Source: Chloroflexota bacterium (GTDB taxonomy: Bacteria > Chloroflexota > Dehalococcoidia > Lucifugimonadales > UBA3495). Taken from it: DNA of 64,000 nt. Below the pieces are notes generated by a model. It did no database searches, was not told the origin of the DNA, and worked only from the letters and a program-made list of their open reading frames with translations. The number at the start of each line of letters is the position of its first letter. Within the stretch, counting starts at the first letter, position 1. The stretch spans positions 64,001 through 128,000 of the forward strand of contig JAQBVF010000003.1 in assembly GCA_027623675.1 (NCBI GenBank). Direction: 5' to 3'. The translations under genes and the position numbers were made by a program. Of the stretch, positions 1 through 9,491 are shown piece by piece.

Positions 1-596
1 ACGTTCTTGCTGATCAGGGCGGGAATCAGGTCGAATCCCACGTTGACCATCTCCACGTCGTCGATGGTCAGACCCTGATAACGGAGCATGGTGTCGATCA
101 GGGCTTCGTCAGAGGGCAGGCCCGGCGCGCCGACCTTCTTGCCTTTCAGGTCCTTGGGCTCGACTATCCCGGAATCGGCCAGGGACATCACCGAGTTCAG
201 CGGGTGCTGCACCAGGGCCATGATGGACACGGCTTCGATGCCCTGCTCACGGGCCAGCAGCAGTTCAGGCTGGTAGCTGATGCCGAAATCATCCCGGCCG
301 GCGGCAACCGTCTGCAGCACGGTGGAGGGGTCGCCGGGAACGTAGATCTCCACGTCCAGGCCCTCGTCGGCGAAGTAACCCCGCTCCAGGGCCACATAGA
401 GGCCGGAGTGGTTGGACCAGGGGAACCAGTCGAGGGCAAGTGATACCTTGGTCAATTTCGCGGGCGCTTCGGTGGAAACCGCCGTGGATTCCGCGGCGGG
501 CGCCGGCGTCGGGTCACTGCCGCAGGCCGCGGCCAAGAGCGAGAAGACGAATAGCAGCGAGACCAGTATGGCCGCCCGTTTGGTAATGAATCGCAT
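1..596 (-). CDS. thiY: ABC transporter substrate-binding lipoprotein, ThiY/NMT1-THI5 family (runs off the window)
   Basis: Not in the ORF track. Manual translation from ATG 596 (GGAG upstream): MRFITKRAAILVSLLFVFSLLAAACG (lipobox) ...VSLALDWFPWSNHSGLYVALERGYFADEGLDVEI. Last of three ABC genes behind a TPP riboswitch. Confidence 0.85.
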   Translation of the reverse strand, partial: MRFITKRAAILVSLLFVFSLLAAACGSDPTPAPAAESTAVSTEAPAKLTKVSLALDWFPWSNHSGLYVALERGYFADEGLDVEIYVPGDPSTVLQTVAAGRDDFGISYQPELLLAREQGIEAVSIMALVQHPLNSVMSLADSGIVEPKDLKGKKVGAPGLPSDEALIDTMLRYQGLTIDDVEMVNVGFDLIPALISKN

Positions 597-653
597 CGTA
601 AGGAGTCTCCTTTATATTTATGGTTCGCGGATCTATAAGCCGAGAGTTGGCGC

Positions 654-1451
654 TTAGAGCTGGCGCATGGAATTTGACCGTTTCTCGCTGAAATGCCAGG
701 GCATCATCATCCGTTCGGCCAGCGCCGCCAGCACGAATAGAGTGATACCCATGACCGACAGGACAAGAATGGCGGCGAACACCCTGGCCGTGAGGAACAG
801 GGGCTGGGAGTAGGTGATCAGGTAGCCCAGGCCCTCGCTGGCCCCGACCCATTCGCCGATCACCGCGGCGATCACGCTGACCGAGACACCGATCTTGATG
901 CCTGAGAACATGAAGGGCAGCGCGGTGGGAATCTGCAGCTTGGTGAACACCTGCCACCGGGACGCGCCCAACGCCCGGACCATGTTGATCATGTCGGGGT
1001 CGGCGGCTTTAAGCCCGTCAACCGTGTTCACCGCGATGGGGTAGAAGCAGATCAGGGCCACGATGATAATCTTGGGCGTGAGTCCGTAGCCCACCCAGAT
1101 CAGCAGCAGCGGCGCGATGGCGATGATGGGCACGGTCTGAGATGCGATGACGATGGGATATACCGAGCGTTCCAGCACCCGCGAGTAGGCGATGCCACCG
1201 GCCAGGACCAAGCCCGCTATCAGGGCCGCCAAAAACCCCACCACAATCTCCTTCAGGGTGACCAATGTGTGGTCCCAGAGCAGATCGCTGCTGGAGCTCA
1301 GCTCCTTGGCGATCTCCGACGGCGCGGGCAACTGCCACTTGGGGACATCGGCCAACTGCACCCACAGCTCCCAAGCGGCCACCAGCCCGGCCAAGATGGC
1401 CACGGGCAGGAGCCAAGACAGCATCCCTGACGCTTTCCTTAAGATATTCAT
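654..1451 (-). CDS. thiX: ABC transporter permease (SsuC/TauC/ThiX type)
   Basis: Hydrophobic protein with EAA-like loop (ALGASRWQVFTKLQIPTALP) and VIGEW motif. Start placed at MNILRK. Confidence 0.85.
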   Translation of the reverse strand: MNILRKASGMLSWLLPVAILAGLVAAWELWVQLADVPKWQLPAPSEIAKELSSSSDLLWDHTLVTLKEIVVGFLAALIAGLVLAGGIAYSRVLERSVYPIVIASQTVPIIAIAPLLLIWVGYGLTPKIIIVALICFYPIAVNTVDGLKAADPDMINMVRALGASRWQVFTKLQIPTALPFMFSGIKIGVSVSVIAAVIGEWVGASEGLGYLITYSQPLFLTARVFAAILVLSVMGITLFVLAALAERMMMPWHFSEKRSNSMRQL

Positions 1452-1456
1452 AAGCC

Positions 1457-2293
1457 TCAGCCCGACTGTCCGCCGGAGCGCGTCGCCAGCACCTGCGACC
1501 GCAGGGGGCCCATCAAACTGGATTTGAGCGCGGCGAACTCGGAACTGGTCACCATGTCGTAATGGCGAGGCCGGGGCAACCCCACCTCCAGGGCCAACGC
1601 GGTCTTGCCCGGCCGGGCGGTGAGCAGGTAGACCCGGTCGGACAGCAGCAGCGCTTCGTCGACGTCGTGGGTTATCAACACGATGGTCTTGTTGACCGAC
1701 TCCCATAACTGGAGCAGCCACTCCTGCATCTGAACGCGGGTGAGGGCGTCCAGTGCGCCGAACGGCTCGTCAAGCAGCACCACGTCTTGGTCCAGCAGCA
1801 TCGTCCGGAGAAAGGCCGCCCGCTGCCGCATGCCGCCGGACAGCGCATAGGGATATTGGTGCTCGAATCCCTTCAGGCCGAATTCCTCGGTGAACTCCAG
1901 GGCCCGCTCTCGTGCCTGCCGCTTGGGCATCCCCCGCAGTTCCAGTCCCAGGATCGTGTTGTCCAAGACCGAGCGCCAGGGCAGCAGCAGGTCCTTCTGC
2001 TGCATGTACCCGGTCTGTCCCAAACGCCCGCCGCCGAAGCCATCGCCGGATATCGCGTCGCCGGTGACCCCGGAAAGCTCAACGCTGCCGGAGTCTGGCT
2101 GGTCCAACCCGGCGATGATATTTAAGAGCGTGCTCTTGCCGCAGCCGCTGGGGCCGATGATGCTGACGAACTCGCCCTCGTTCACGGTCAGGTCGATGCC
2201 GTTCAACACAGCCTGCTGTTGGCCGTCGATGACATACGACTTGTTCACCGACTCGATCCGTATTTTTGGCCGGATTGGGGCGTCCATCGACAT
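1457..2293 (-). CDS. thiZ: ABC transporter ATP-binding protein (ThiZ type)
   Basis: Walker A GPSGCGKS, LSGGMRQR signature, Walker B LLDEPF, ITHD. Exact start uncertain (2287-2314). Confidence 0.9.
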   Translation of the reverse strand: MSMDAPIRPKIRIESVNKSYVIDGQQQAVLNGIDLTVNEGEFVSIIGPSGCGKSTLLNIIAGLDQPDSGSVELSGVTGDAISGDGFGGGRLGQTGYMQQKDLLLPWRSVLDNTILGLELRGMPKRQARERALEFTEEFGLKGFEHQYPYALSGGMRQRAAFLRTMLLDQDVVLLDEPFGALDALTRVQMQEWLLQLWESVNKTIVLITHDVDEALLLSDRVYLLTARPGKTALALEVGLPRPRHYDMVTSSEFAALKSSLMGPLRSQVLATRSGGQSG

Positions 2294-2405
2294 TTCGGGC
2301 GTACCTACGGGCAACGAGCCCAGAGTTTGGATGATCTGCTGGCGATAACCGTCTTTGTTCGATCTGCGGGCCGAATGGGTTTGCCTAGATGCCCCATTCG
2401 CCGGG

Positions 2406-2442
2406 CAAAAAAATAGCCGCCAACGGATGAGTTTTGGCGGCC
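2406..2442 (-). terminator. Intrinsic terminator, probable expression platform of the TPP riboswitch
   Basis: Minus strand GCCGCCAA...TTGGCGGC followed by TATTTTTTT, between the aptamer and thiZ. Confidence 0.75.
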
Positions 2443-2463
2443 TAACATAGCAGTTAGAGTTCT

Positions 2464-2566
2464 AGCTCGTTTCCCTCCGCTGGAATTACCCAGATCAGGT
2501 TCGCAAGGGTCGGTGGCAGATGCGGCCTCCCTCTCAGCCCGGCTAAACCGAGCTCCCCTACGTGCC
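2464..2566 (-). promoter_or_regulatory. TPP riboswitch (THI box)
   Basis: Minus strand contains GGGGAGC...GCTGAGAG...GACCCTTG..AACCTGATCTGGGTAATTCCAGCGGAGGGAA, the conserved TPP aptamer elements, upstream of a thiamine-precursor ABC operon. Confidence 0.95.
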
Positions 2567-2605
2567 TAGACGATTAGATTGTTAACCGGGACATCTGTCA
2601 CCAGG

Positions 2606-2635
2606 ATTATAGGAGTGACCCAGATTGGGTGTCAA
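2606..2635 (-). promoter_or_regulatory. Sigma70-type promoter for the riboswitch/thi operon
   Basis: TTGACA-18 nt-TATAAT on the minus strand. Confidence 0.8.
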
Positions 2636-2741
2636 CAGGCCTCTCATTTCGCGCCAGGGTTATTCCATGGTCTGTCGCTCTAGCGCCGATCGGGACCTCT
2701 CCCGGAATCTATCTAAGGCGGGAATCATTGACTGGGATTTC

Positions 2742-2771
2742 TTGACAAAGAATCTGTGCCCACCATACAAT
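2742..2771 (+). promoter_or_regulatory. Sigma70-type promoter for the HMG-CoA-lyase-family gene
   Basis: TTGACA-18 nt-TACAAT. Confidence 0.65.
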
Positions 2772-2916
2772 CCGGCCAACCACGGACTCTCGCCCGAGTG
2801 CTCCCGTACCCGGTGTTTTGGACACGCCCAGGCTCAGGCAAAAAACGCCGGGAAAAAACGCTACAATATAACCGATTCAACAACCGATTCAGACCCGCCC
2901 AATTAAGGAGGCCCCG

Positions 2917-4101
2917 ATGGCAGATTGGCCGAAGGTTAAATACAAGGAAGAAGGCATGCGCGAAGGCATGCAGATCGAAGACGCAAATATCTCCGTTGAC
3001 GACAAGGTCCAACTGCTTGACGCTCTTTCCGAGACGGGCTTGCAGCAGATCGTCGTCGGGTCGTTCGTTAGCCCCAAATGGACCCCCCAGATGGAGCGCA
3101 TCGACGAGATCGTGACCAAGTTCACCCCCAAACCCGGCATCACCTACACGGCATTGGCGCTGAACTCCCGGGGCGTGGAGCGGGCCAGGGCCTACTCTCC
3201 CCCGCTGACCATCGAGCGCGACGGTTACCCCCGCTTGAACTGCCACATGTGCGACGTATTCGTTCGCCGCAACACCAACCGCTCACAGATGGCTGAGATG
3301 GAACGCTGGCCGCAGATTGTCGCCCAGGCCCAAGAGTTGAACATCAAAGAGGCCGGCATCGGGACCAACGCTAGTTGGGGATCCAACTTCATGGGCGAAT
3401 TCCCGGTGGACAACCTCATGACCATGCTCGAGAGGCAGCACAGCATGTGGGACGAGGTTGGCATCGACGTCCGCAGCGTCTCCATGGGCGACCCCATGAG
3501 CCACTGCACGCCGGCCAAGGTTGAAGAGAGCGTCTACCGTGTCAAGGAGATGTGGCCCGAGGTTAACCACATCCGCCTGCACCTGCACAACGGCCGCAAC
3601 ATGGCCATCGCGTCGGCCTATGCCGCCATGCGGGTCCTGGGCCCCGATGACACCCTGGAGTTGGACGGTTCCATCGGAGGTTTCGGCGGCTGCCCCTACT
3701 GCGGCAACGGCCGCGCGACGGGCATGGCCCCCACCGAAGACCTGCTCCACATGATGGAAGACATGGGCATCCCCACGGGCGTGGACATCGACAAGCTGAT
3801 CGACTGCGTCTGGATGGCCGAAGGTATCATGGGACGGGAACTCTACGGCCACGTCTCCAAGGCCGGCCCCCGCCCCAAGACCGTGGACAAGCTCTACGAC
3901 ATCAACGCACCGTTCGTGGAGACCATGGAACAGGCCAAGCACTTCAAGAAGGGACCTAGCGCCTACGAAGGCGGCATCTACCCGTACAGCGAGCCCATCA
4001 CCAGCCCCTACCGGGACCGGGTCAACGCTGGCACGCCCGCCTACGACGACGCCAACGGCGACTTCCCCTGGAAGCAGGACTGGTTCCCCGCCAAGGCCTA
4101 A
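2917..4101 (+). CDS. HMG-CoA lyase-like (DRE-TIM metallolyase) protein
   Basis: EEGMREGMQ (RDG-like motif), SFVSPKW, HLHNGRN, DGSIGGFGGCPY; AAGGAGG RBS. Confidence 0.8.
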   Translation: MADWPKVKYKEEGMREGMQIEDANISVDDKVQLLDALSETGLQQIVVGSFVSPKWTPQMERIDEIVTKFTPKPGITYTALALNSRGVERARAYSPPLTIERDGYPRLNCHMCDVFVRRNTNRSQMAEMERWPQIVAQAQELNIKEAGIGTNASWGSNFMGEFPVDNLMTMLERQHSMWDEVGIDVRSVSMGDPMSHCTPAKVEESVYRVKEMWPEVNHIRLHLHNGRNMAIASAYAAMRVLGPDDTLELDGSIGGFGGCPYCGNGRATGMAPTEDLLHMMEDMGIPTGVDIDKLIDCVWMAEGIMGRELYGHVSKAGPRPKTVDKLYDINAPFVETMEQAKHFKKGPSAYEGGIYPYSEPITSPYRDRVNAGTPAYDDANGDFPWKQDWFPAKA

Positions 4102-4132
4102 CCGGCCCAATTGGAATCAGGAAAACACAAAA

Positions 4133-4169
4133 GTGGCCCCCCGGAACAGCCGGGGGGCCACCCTTTTTT
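4133..4169 (+). terminator. Intrinsic terminator
   Basis: GTGGCCCCCCGG/CCGGGGGGCCAC 12-bp stem followed by a T tract. Confidence 0.8.
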
Positions 4170-4224
4170 ATGGGCAGAGTTGCAGCGGGAGGCGTCCTCT
4201 CCGCCCGCCAATCACCCACGAAGC

Positions 4225-4271
4225 GAAAATCCCCCAACCCTCTTTCGTAAAAGGGGGACTAAGGGGATTTC
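4225..4271. repeat. Isolated nested palindrome (AAATCCCC...CCCTCTTT..AAAAGGGGG...GGGGATTT), REP-like
   Basis: Visible nested inverted repeat; single copy in this window. Confidence 0.45.
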
Positions 4272-4435
4272 GGTTGGCGACAATGATGTTTGATTCTTGC
4301 CGCCGTCTCGACCCACTGGCCCAACCCCGGTAGCCCGCGCCCCCTTTGAGTGCTACGATGACGCCACTCTAGATCGGCGCAGTCACGCCGCTACGCAGCC
4401 GCTGATGCCGCCACCAAATCTCAAGGAGGCCCACC

Positions 4436-5020
4436 ATGGCTTCGGTCAACCCTACCGACCCCAACAAGATTCGTTTGACCGGCGAGAACTCATTCATCCG
4501 CCTGACCGACCAATCAGGCGAGAAGGAAACAACCAGGTCCAGCCACTGGCGGGTGCTATGGTCTCCCGGCGGAGCGGGGCACGTCCTCTTTTTGAAGACT
4601 GAACTCACGGACAGCCAAGTGCGTATCTACTCCGACAACATCGCCTTGACGCGCTGGCTCCAAGATGAGATTGAAACCCTGCTCTACCCCGAATTCGCCG
4701 ACCAGAACACGCAGGTGGTCGACGCCGAATTCACCAAGAAAGGCGACCCCAGCACCTTCTGGACCGAGACGATCGAGAGCGACGAAGAGACCATCGCCAT
4801 GACCTGGCACGACTTCATGGAGCCCTACATGCTGGTGGTGCCGGCGGGCAGCGCCTCGGGACGTCCTCACGGGGTCTATAGCTGCTTCATCCCAGCTAGA
4901 AAGGCCCAATTGACCATCAACGGAGACCTGGCCGAAGGCAAAGTCACCACCGACCGCCGCGGCGACAAAGATAGCAGCTCGGCCTGCCTGGCCTGGTCCG
5001 AGACCTGGGTCCGGCCCTAG
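4436..5020 (+). CDS. Hypothetical protein
   Basis: AAGGAGG RBS and coding-like codon bias; no family recognised. Confidence 0.75.
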   Translation: MASVNPTDPNKIRLTGENSFIRLTDQSGEKETTRSSHWRVLWSPGGAGHVLFLKTELTDSQVRIYSDNIALTRWLQDEIETLLYPEFADQNTQVVDAEFTKKGDPSTFWTETIESDEETIAMTWHDFMEPYMLVVPAGSASGRPHGVYSCFIPARKAQLTINGDLAEGKVTTDRRGDKDSSSACLAWSETWVRP

Positions 5021-5060
5021 GGGCGCCGGAGCCGCTGATTCGCCGCATCTGAGGTAAACA

Positions 5061-5468
5061 ATGACCGACCTAGGTCAGGAAGTGGACCAGCTATTCGTCG
5101 ATTATTTCAGGGATTTTGGCAAGTTAGACCTGGAAGCCATCGTTGCTTATTTCCACCTTCCTTGCATGTTTATCACGCCTACGGGGGTGTTCGTTTTCTC
5201 AACCGCCTCCGAGGTGGAAGGTTTCTGGCGGCCCAGGTTTGACGACCTGAGATCGAACGGTTTTGCCCGCACTGAGCGGTCCGACGCCAGTATCAAGGTG
5301 CTAACCGATGACACGGCGATCGCCAGCAGCAAGGCCACCAGATACTCGAAAGACGAATCGGAGATGGAACGCAGAGGCGCCGTCTTCACGGTGCGCAAGA
5401 CCGATGCTGGATGGAAGATTGTGGCGTTGGTCCATCATTCGCCGGATACCGTGATCAAGGTGTCTTAA
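5061..5468 (+). CDS. NTF2/SnoaL-like fold protein
   Basis: 135 aa; N-terminal DLEAIVAYF and C-terminal RKTDAGWKIVALVH; GAGG RBS. Confidence 0.75.
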   Translation: MTDLGQEVDQLFVDYFRDFGKLDLEAIVAYFHLPCMFITPTGVFVFSTASEVEGFWRPRFDDLRSNGFARTERSDASIKVLTDDTAIASSKATRYSKDESEMERRGAVFTVRKTDAGWKIVALVHHSPDTVIKVS

Positions 5469-5494
5469 CCAGGGCCGGCCAGCAAAGCCAAAAC

Positions 5495-5730
5495 CTAGTA
5501 GAGCAGAATCGTGGGCGCGGCTGAAACCGCGCCCACCGCCTTTGCTTCCGGTGCCCCGCATCAACCAGGTCTGCTCGATGGCGCCCTGGGCAACCGGGAC
5601 CATCGCCATCCGCGTGACCAGGGTGCCGTTGGAATCACGTACCGGGCCGTCCCCACGATTGGTGTCGCAGTTCACGGACCGCCGGTTGGCGTGGTCCACG
5701 ACGCTGACGTAATTCCAACAGCCCCGGACC
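5495..5730 (-). pseudogene. Possible gene remnant
   Basis: One minus frame (NYVSVVDHANRRSV...GTLVTRMAMVPVAQGAIEQTW) has GC-rich third positions but no credible start. Confidence 0.25.
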
Positions 5731-5766
5731 CGGCCTCCGCCGCCTGTTTGGGTTGAGGGCGGGTGG

Positions 5767-6756
5767 CTAGGCTGATGTGCAGGCGATGGCTTTGACGCTC
5801 CCGGCGATCTGGGGAAGAACGTGGGAGGACCAGGTCTCGCCGCCGTCGCGGGTCCCGAACACTTCGCCCTTTCTGGTGCAGAAGTAGACCTGCTCCGGGG
5901 CACGGTCGTTGACCGCCACGCCAAAGGTGGTGCTGCTCGGTTTCACGCCCTTGTCGAAGCGCTCCCAGGTGTCGCCCTGGTCGGTGGACCGCATCACGCC
6001 GCCCTGCTCACTGCCGAAATTCAGACCCACGCAGGCATATAGAGTGTTCGGGTCGTTGGGCGCGGATTCCACGCCGCGCGAGTAGAAGATGTCGGTGAAC
6101 TTGGGAAAGTTCAGGTTGTCCCAGTTCGCGCCCCGGTCGCGGCTCCGCCAGACCCCGGTGCGGTTGGAGATGAACACCGCCGACGAATCGGCGCCGCCAA
6201 CGGTGACGCCGTGCAGGTCCATAAGGTCGACATCGCCGTCAAATTCTTTGTTCACGATGGTCCAGGTCTTGCCGCCGTCGGCGCTGTGGGCCGCGCCGCC
6301 CACTTCTAGGGCCGCGTACATCTGGTCGGGGTCGTTTGCTTCGATGCCGATCCCCAAGATGCGGGTTGCGAAGGCCATCTGCACTGAGTCTTGGTTGACG
6401 ATCGTGGCCAGATGCTCCCAATTCTCGCCGCCGTCGGTCGACTTGAATACCTCGCTGCCTTCGGTGCCCAGAAACATGATGTTGGGGTCGGTGGGGTGGA
6501 ATTTGATCGCCCAAACATGACGGCCCTCGGCCATGTTCATGCGCTCGAAGTTGTCGCCGCCATCCCGGGTGCGGTAGACGCCGCGCTGCGTGCCCACGAA
6601 GATGGTCTTGGCGTCGCCGGGGTGAATGGCTATCGCCCTCACCTGAGGTGCAGGCGGCATTCCCTTGGCCAGCTTCTGCCATTGGCCGTCGGATTCCTCC
6701 TTACGGTAGAGACCGTCCGCTTCCGCGCCGACATAGATCAGAGTCTTTCCAGGCAT
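5767..6756 (-). CDS. BNR/Asp-box beta-propeller protein (YCF48-like)
   Basis: Repeated SxDGGxxW motifs (STDGGENW, SADGGKTW, STDQGDTW, TRDGGETW). Confidence 0.85.
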   Translation of the reverse strand: MPGKTLIYVGAEADGLYRKEESDGQWQKLAKGMPPAPQVRAIAIHPGDAKTIFVGTQRGVYRTRDGGDNFERMNMAEGRHVWAIKFHPTDPNIMFLGTEGSEVFKSTDGGENWEHLATIVNQDSVQMAFATRILGIGIEANDPDQMYAALEVGGAAHSADGGKTWTIVNKEFDGDVDLMDLHGVTVGGADSSAVFISNRTGVWRSRDRGANWDNLNFPKFTDIFYSRGVESAPNDPNTLYACVGLNFGSEQGGVMRSTDQGDTWERFDKGVKPSSTTFGVAVNDRAPEQVYFCTRKGEVFGTRDGGETWSSHVLPQIAGSVKAIACTSA

Positions 6757-7044
6757 ATCCATTCCCTCCAGGCGAATTTCTTTGGTGAATCTCTTGGGTG
6801 AGATTTCGGACTAGGAATGGCGTCATTTTGAGCAGGTGGGAATGTGTTGTCAATCGCGCCTTCTGGACGTTGGTGTCGACCGGGGCCGTGTTGCCTGCCG
6901 CAGGCTCGTTGGTAACAGAAATGGCTGCGTTGTCCCGTGGTTGTTCAGGGTCTCACCGATGTGATGTAGGCGCTGCTTCCGATGAAACTTGAATCCGAAG
7001 ACCGCATCTGTCGACACCCCGGCGATATAGATCGCCACGGCGCC

Positions 7045-7818
7045 CTAGCGGTCCCTGGCGAGCACCAGCCCCCAAACGCTGGCGGCCCCGGCGGACCTAA
7101 GGGCCTCGGCACAGGCGGAGAGGGTGCTGCCCGTGGTCGCGACATCGTCGATGAGCAGTATGGACATGCCCTGGATGTCGGACGATCCAGGGCCGGCGGC
7201 CTGGAAGCTGCGGGCCACGTTTTCGCGGCGTTCGGCCTGGGAGCGGGTGTCCACCTGGGGCGGCCGGTCTTCGGCGCGTACCAGAAGGTCGTCACGCACC
7301 GGCAGGTCCAGCGATCTCCCGGCCTCCCTGGCCAGCAGGAGCGATTGGTTGTAGCCCCGGCGGCGCAATCGGCGGTGATGGAGCGGGACCGGGACCAAAA
7401 CTGAGTCTTCCAGCCGGACCGGGCCGTTCGCCCCAGCCGGGCCGGTGGTCTGGACCTGAAGCTGGTGATGTTTCAGGTAATCGGCCAGCATTCGCCCCAA
7501 CACCGGGGCGGCCACACGCCACCCCCGGTATTTGAGCCGGTGGATGGTTTCGCGGATGTCGCCTTCGAACAGGTACGGGGCTCTGATTCCATCCAACTTC
7601 GGTGGGCGGGTGCGGCAGTCTCCGCATCTACCGGTCACACCGGGTTCGGCGCAGACATCGCAGTAGGGTGGCTCCAACCGTCTGAGGCCGGCCGTGCATT
7701 CTGGGCATAGAACATGGCCCTCTCTGCGGCAGCCAACGCAATTCAACGGCAGCAGCAGTTCCAATGCCGAGCGGACTAAACTTTTCAGATTGGGCGGTCT
7801 CGATAAGGCGGGCATCAT
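7045..7818 (-). CDS. comF: ComF family protein (double zinc ribbon + PRTase)
   Basis: Four CxxC pairs, PVPLH...RGYNQS, LIDDVATTGST. Confidence 0.9.
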   Translation of the reverse strand: MMPALSRPPNLKSLVRSALELLLPLNCVGCRREGHVLCPECTAGLRRLEPPYCDVCAEPGVTGRCGDCRTRPPKLDGIRAPYLFEGDIRETIHRLKYRGWRVAAPVLGRMLADYLKHHQLQVQTTGPAGANGPVRLEDSVLVPVPLHHRRLRRRGYNQSLLLAREAGRSLDLPVRDDLLVRAEDRPPQVDTRSQAERRENVARSFQAAGPGSSDIQGMSILLIDDVATTGSTLSACAEALRSAGAASVWGLVLARDR

Positions 7819-7881
7819 CTCTTCGGCTGAAGGTGGTTCGGGGCAAGAACCTGGGGTATTTCAGGCAAAAAATAGTCCGGC

Positions 7882-7989
7882 TTGACCGAGGATGAGGGCC
7901 TCCGTAACATTAATGTTAGAAGGGTCACAGCTATCGCCCTCCTATCTCCAAATGCTCCGCCCGGTTATCCCTCCGGGTGGAGCTTTTTT
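7882..7989 (+). ncRNA. Candidate small RNA gene 1, with promoter and terminator
   Basis: TTGACC(7882)-17-TAACAT(7905); CTCCTATCTCC at 7939-7949; 11-bp stem 7954-7983 plus TTTTTT. Confidence 0.6.
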
Positions 7990-8096
7990 GTCTGATGTAT
8001 GCCTGATGCTCGTGGAGAAAAGCAAACAAGACCGGGTAATAATACCTGATTATCTGCCGTAATCCGTAGTCGTTACCCTCATATTGAGGCTAAAAC

Positions 8097-8190
8097 TTGA
8101 CCGGTGAGCCGTTGATGGTTAACATAACTTATAGACATGTCGTCTCCTATCTCCGGCGCGCCGTCTGGTCATTTCGACCAGGCGGCGTTT
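8097..8190 (+). ncRNA. Candidate small RNA gene 2, sibling of gene 1
   Basis: TTGACC(8097)-17-TAACAT(8120); CTCCTATCTCC at 8144-8154; 12-bp stem 8159-8187 plus TTT. Confidence 0.55.
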
Positions 8191-8239
8191 CCATGTGCGG
8201 GGATTCTTCCTGTGGGGCGTCCCCCGGACTTTTCCGGAG

Positions 8240-8740
8240 TCATCCCGTTCCTTCCAGGTCATCTCTCCACCGGACCAAGATATCTTGGTCTCTGGGAAAG
8301 GCCAGTTCCGGCAGATGGTCCACGTCGAAGAACCCGACTTCCAGCGCCTCCGGCCCGGCTTCGAGCGTTCCACCGGTCTCCCGAGCGGCGTAGGCGGCCA
8401 CGATCACCGGATTGCCCTCATCCGAGAACAGACCCAGCAGTTCTTTGGTCTCAACCTCGAGTCCCGTTTCCTCCCAGACCTCCCGCGCCGCAGCCTTCTC
8501 CACCACCTCGCCCCGGTCCACGTAGCCGCCGGGCAGCCCCCAGAGTCCGTAGCCAACGTCGGTGGCCCGCCGGATCATCAGCACCCGGCCTTCCCGGTGC
8601 ACGATACAGATGGCCGCTACCTTGGGGTCGTAGAATATTACGCGTTGGCAACCGGCGCACACCAGGCGTTCTTGTCCAAAGACATCTTCGGTTTCCAGCG
8701 TGGCTGCGCATGATGGGCAAAATCTGTCGGTTTGGTTCAT
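8240..8740 (-). CDS. NUDIX hydrolase with N-terminal zinc ribbon
   Basis: FCPSC...CAGC; Nudix box GGYVDRGEVVEKAAAREVWEETG. Confidence 0.9.
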   Translation of the reverse strand: MNQTDRFCPSCAATLETEDVFGQERLVCAGCQRVIFYDPKVAAICIVHREGRVLMIRRATDVGYGLWGLPGGYVDRGEVVEKAAAREVWEETGLEVETKELLGLFSDEGNPVIVAAYAARETGGTLEAGPEALEVGFFDVDHLPELAFPRDQDILVRWRDDLEGTG

Positions 8741-8987
8741 CAGACCACTCGCTCGATCGGACTTGCGGGGCGTGGGGGTTTGGATAAAGCCGCCGCTGAT
8801 TATAATATGCCCTGGCCCGGTGGCATCCACCCGCTTGCCGGCCGAATGCCGCAAGAAAAACGGACCGAGACCTGAGGAGCATAGCTAGATCATTCACCAT
8901 ATCATCAAAGAAGGGTGCGCCAGACTGGGGCGTTTCGCGAGCCCTTACGTCTACGCAACCGGATTTCTGGCGTCAACAGCGGCGGCG

Positions 8988-9491
8988 GTGCTGGTGGTCA
9001 TTCTCATGGTGGTCCTTGGCGAATACACCAAGACCAGAGGCCGGATGCTGCTCACGGCCGTGATGTTTTCGGCGTATTTCTTCGTGAGCGTGGGGCCGGT
9101 CTGGTCGGCGCAAAGAGGGGGCGGTCAGAGGATCCACCGGCTGGCATTGGCCGCCGGCGCAGTTGCCATGTTGCTGCTGCTGGCGGGGGTCTGGGGCACG
9201 CCGAACTCCGACGCCTTCTGGAAGAGCGCCGCCATCGTGACCGTGCTGGCGCTGGTCTTGGCCTATCTGTCGTTGCTGGACCGCGAGCCGGGAGCACTGG
9301 CCCGTGGTTTCGCCGTCAAGGCCGTCGCGGCGGCAACATTACTGGTCTGCGTGGGCATCGCCGCCGGCATCACATGGCCGCCCTACTGGTGGGTCTTCAC
9401 CCTGTCGGTGATCGTGTGGCTGGGCGCGCTGGCCGGCACGCCGGCGATCTGGCTTGCCAAGCGGTTGGGCAGCCGGATTCAGGCCCGCTGA
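8988..9491 (+). CDS. Hypothetical multi-pass membrane protein (start uncertain)
   Basis: Five to six hydrophobic segments; the frame stays open upstream to 8889. Confidence 0.65.
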   Translation: MLVVILMVVLGEYTKTRGRMLLTAVMFSAYFFVSVGPVWSAQRGGGQRIHRLALAAGAVAMLLLLAGVWGTPNSDAFWKSAAIVTVLALVLAYLSLLDREPGALARGFAVKAVAAATLLVCVGIAAGITWPPYWWVFTLSVIVWLGALAGTPAIWLAKRLGSRIQAR

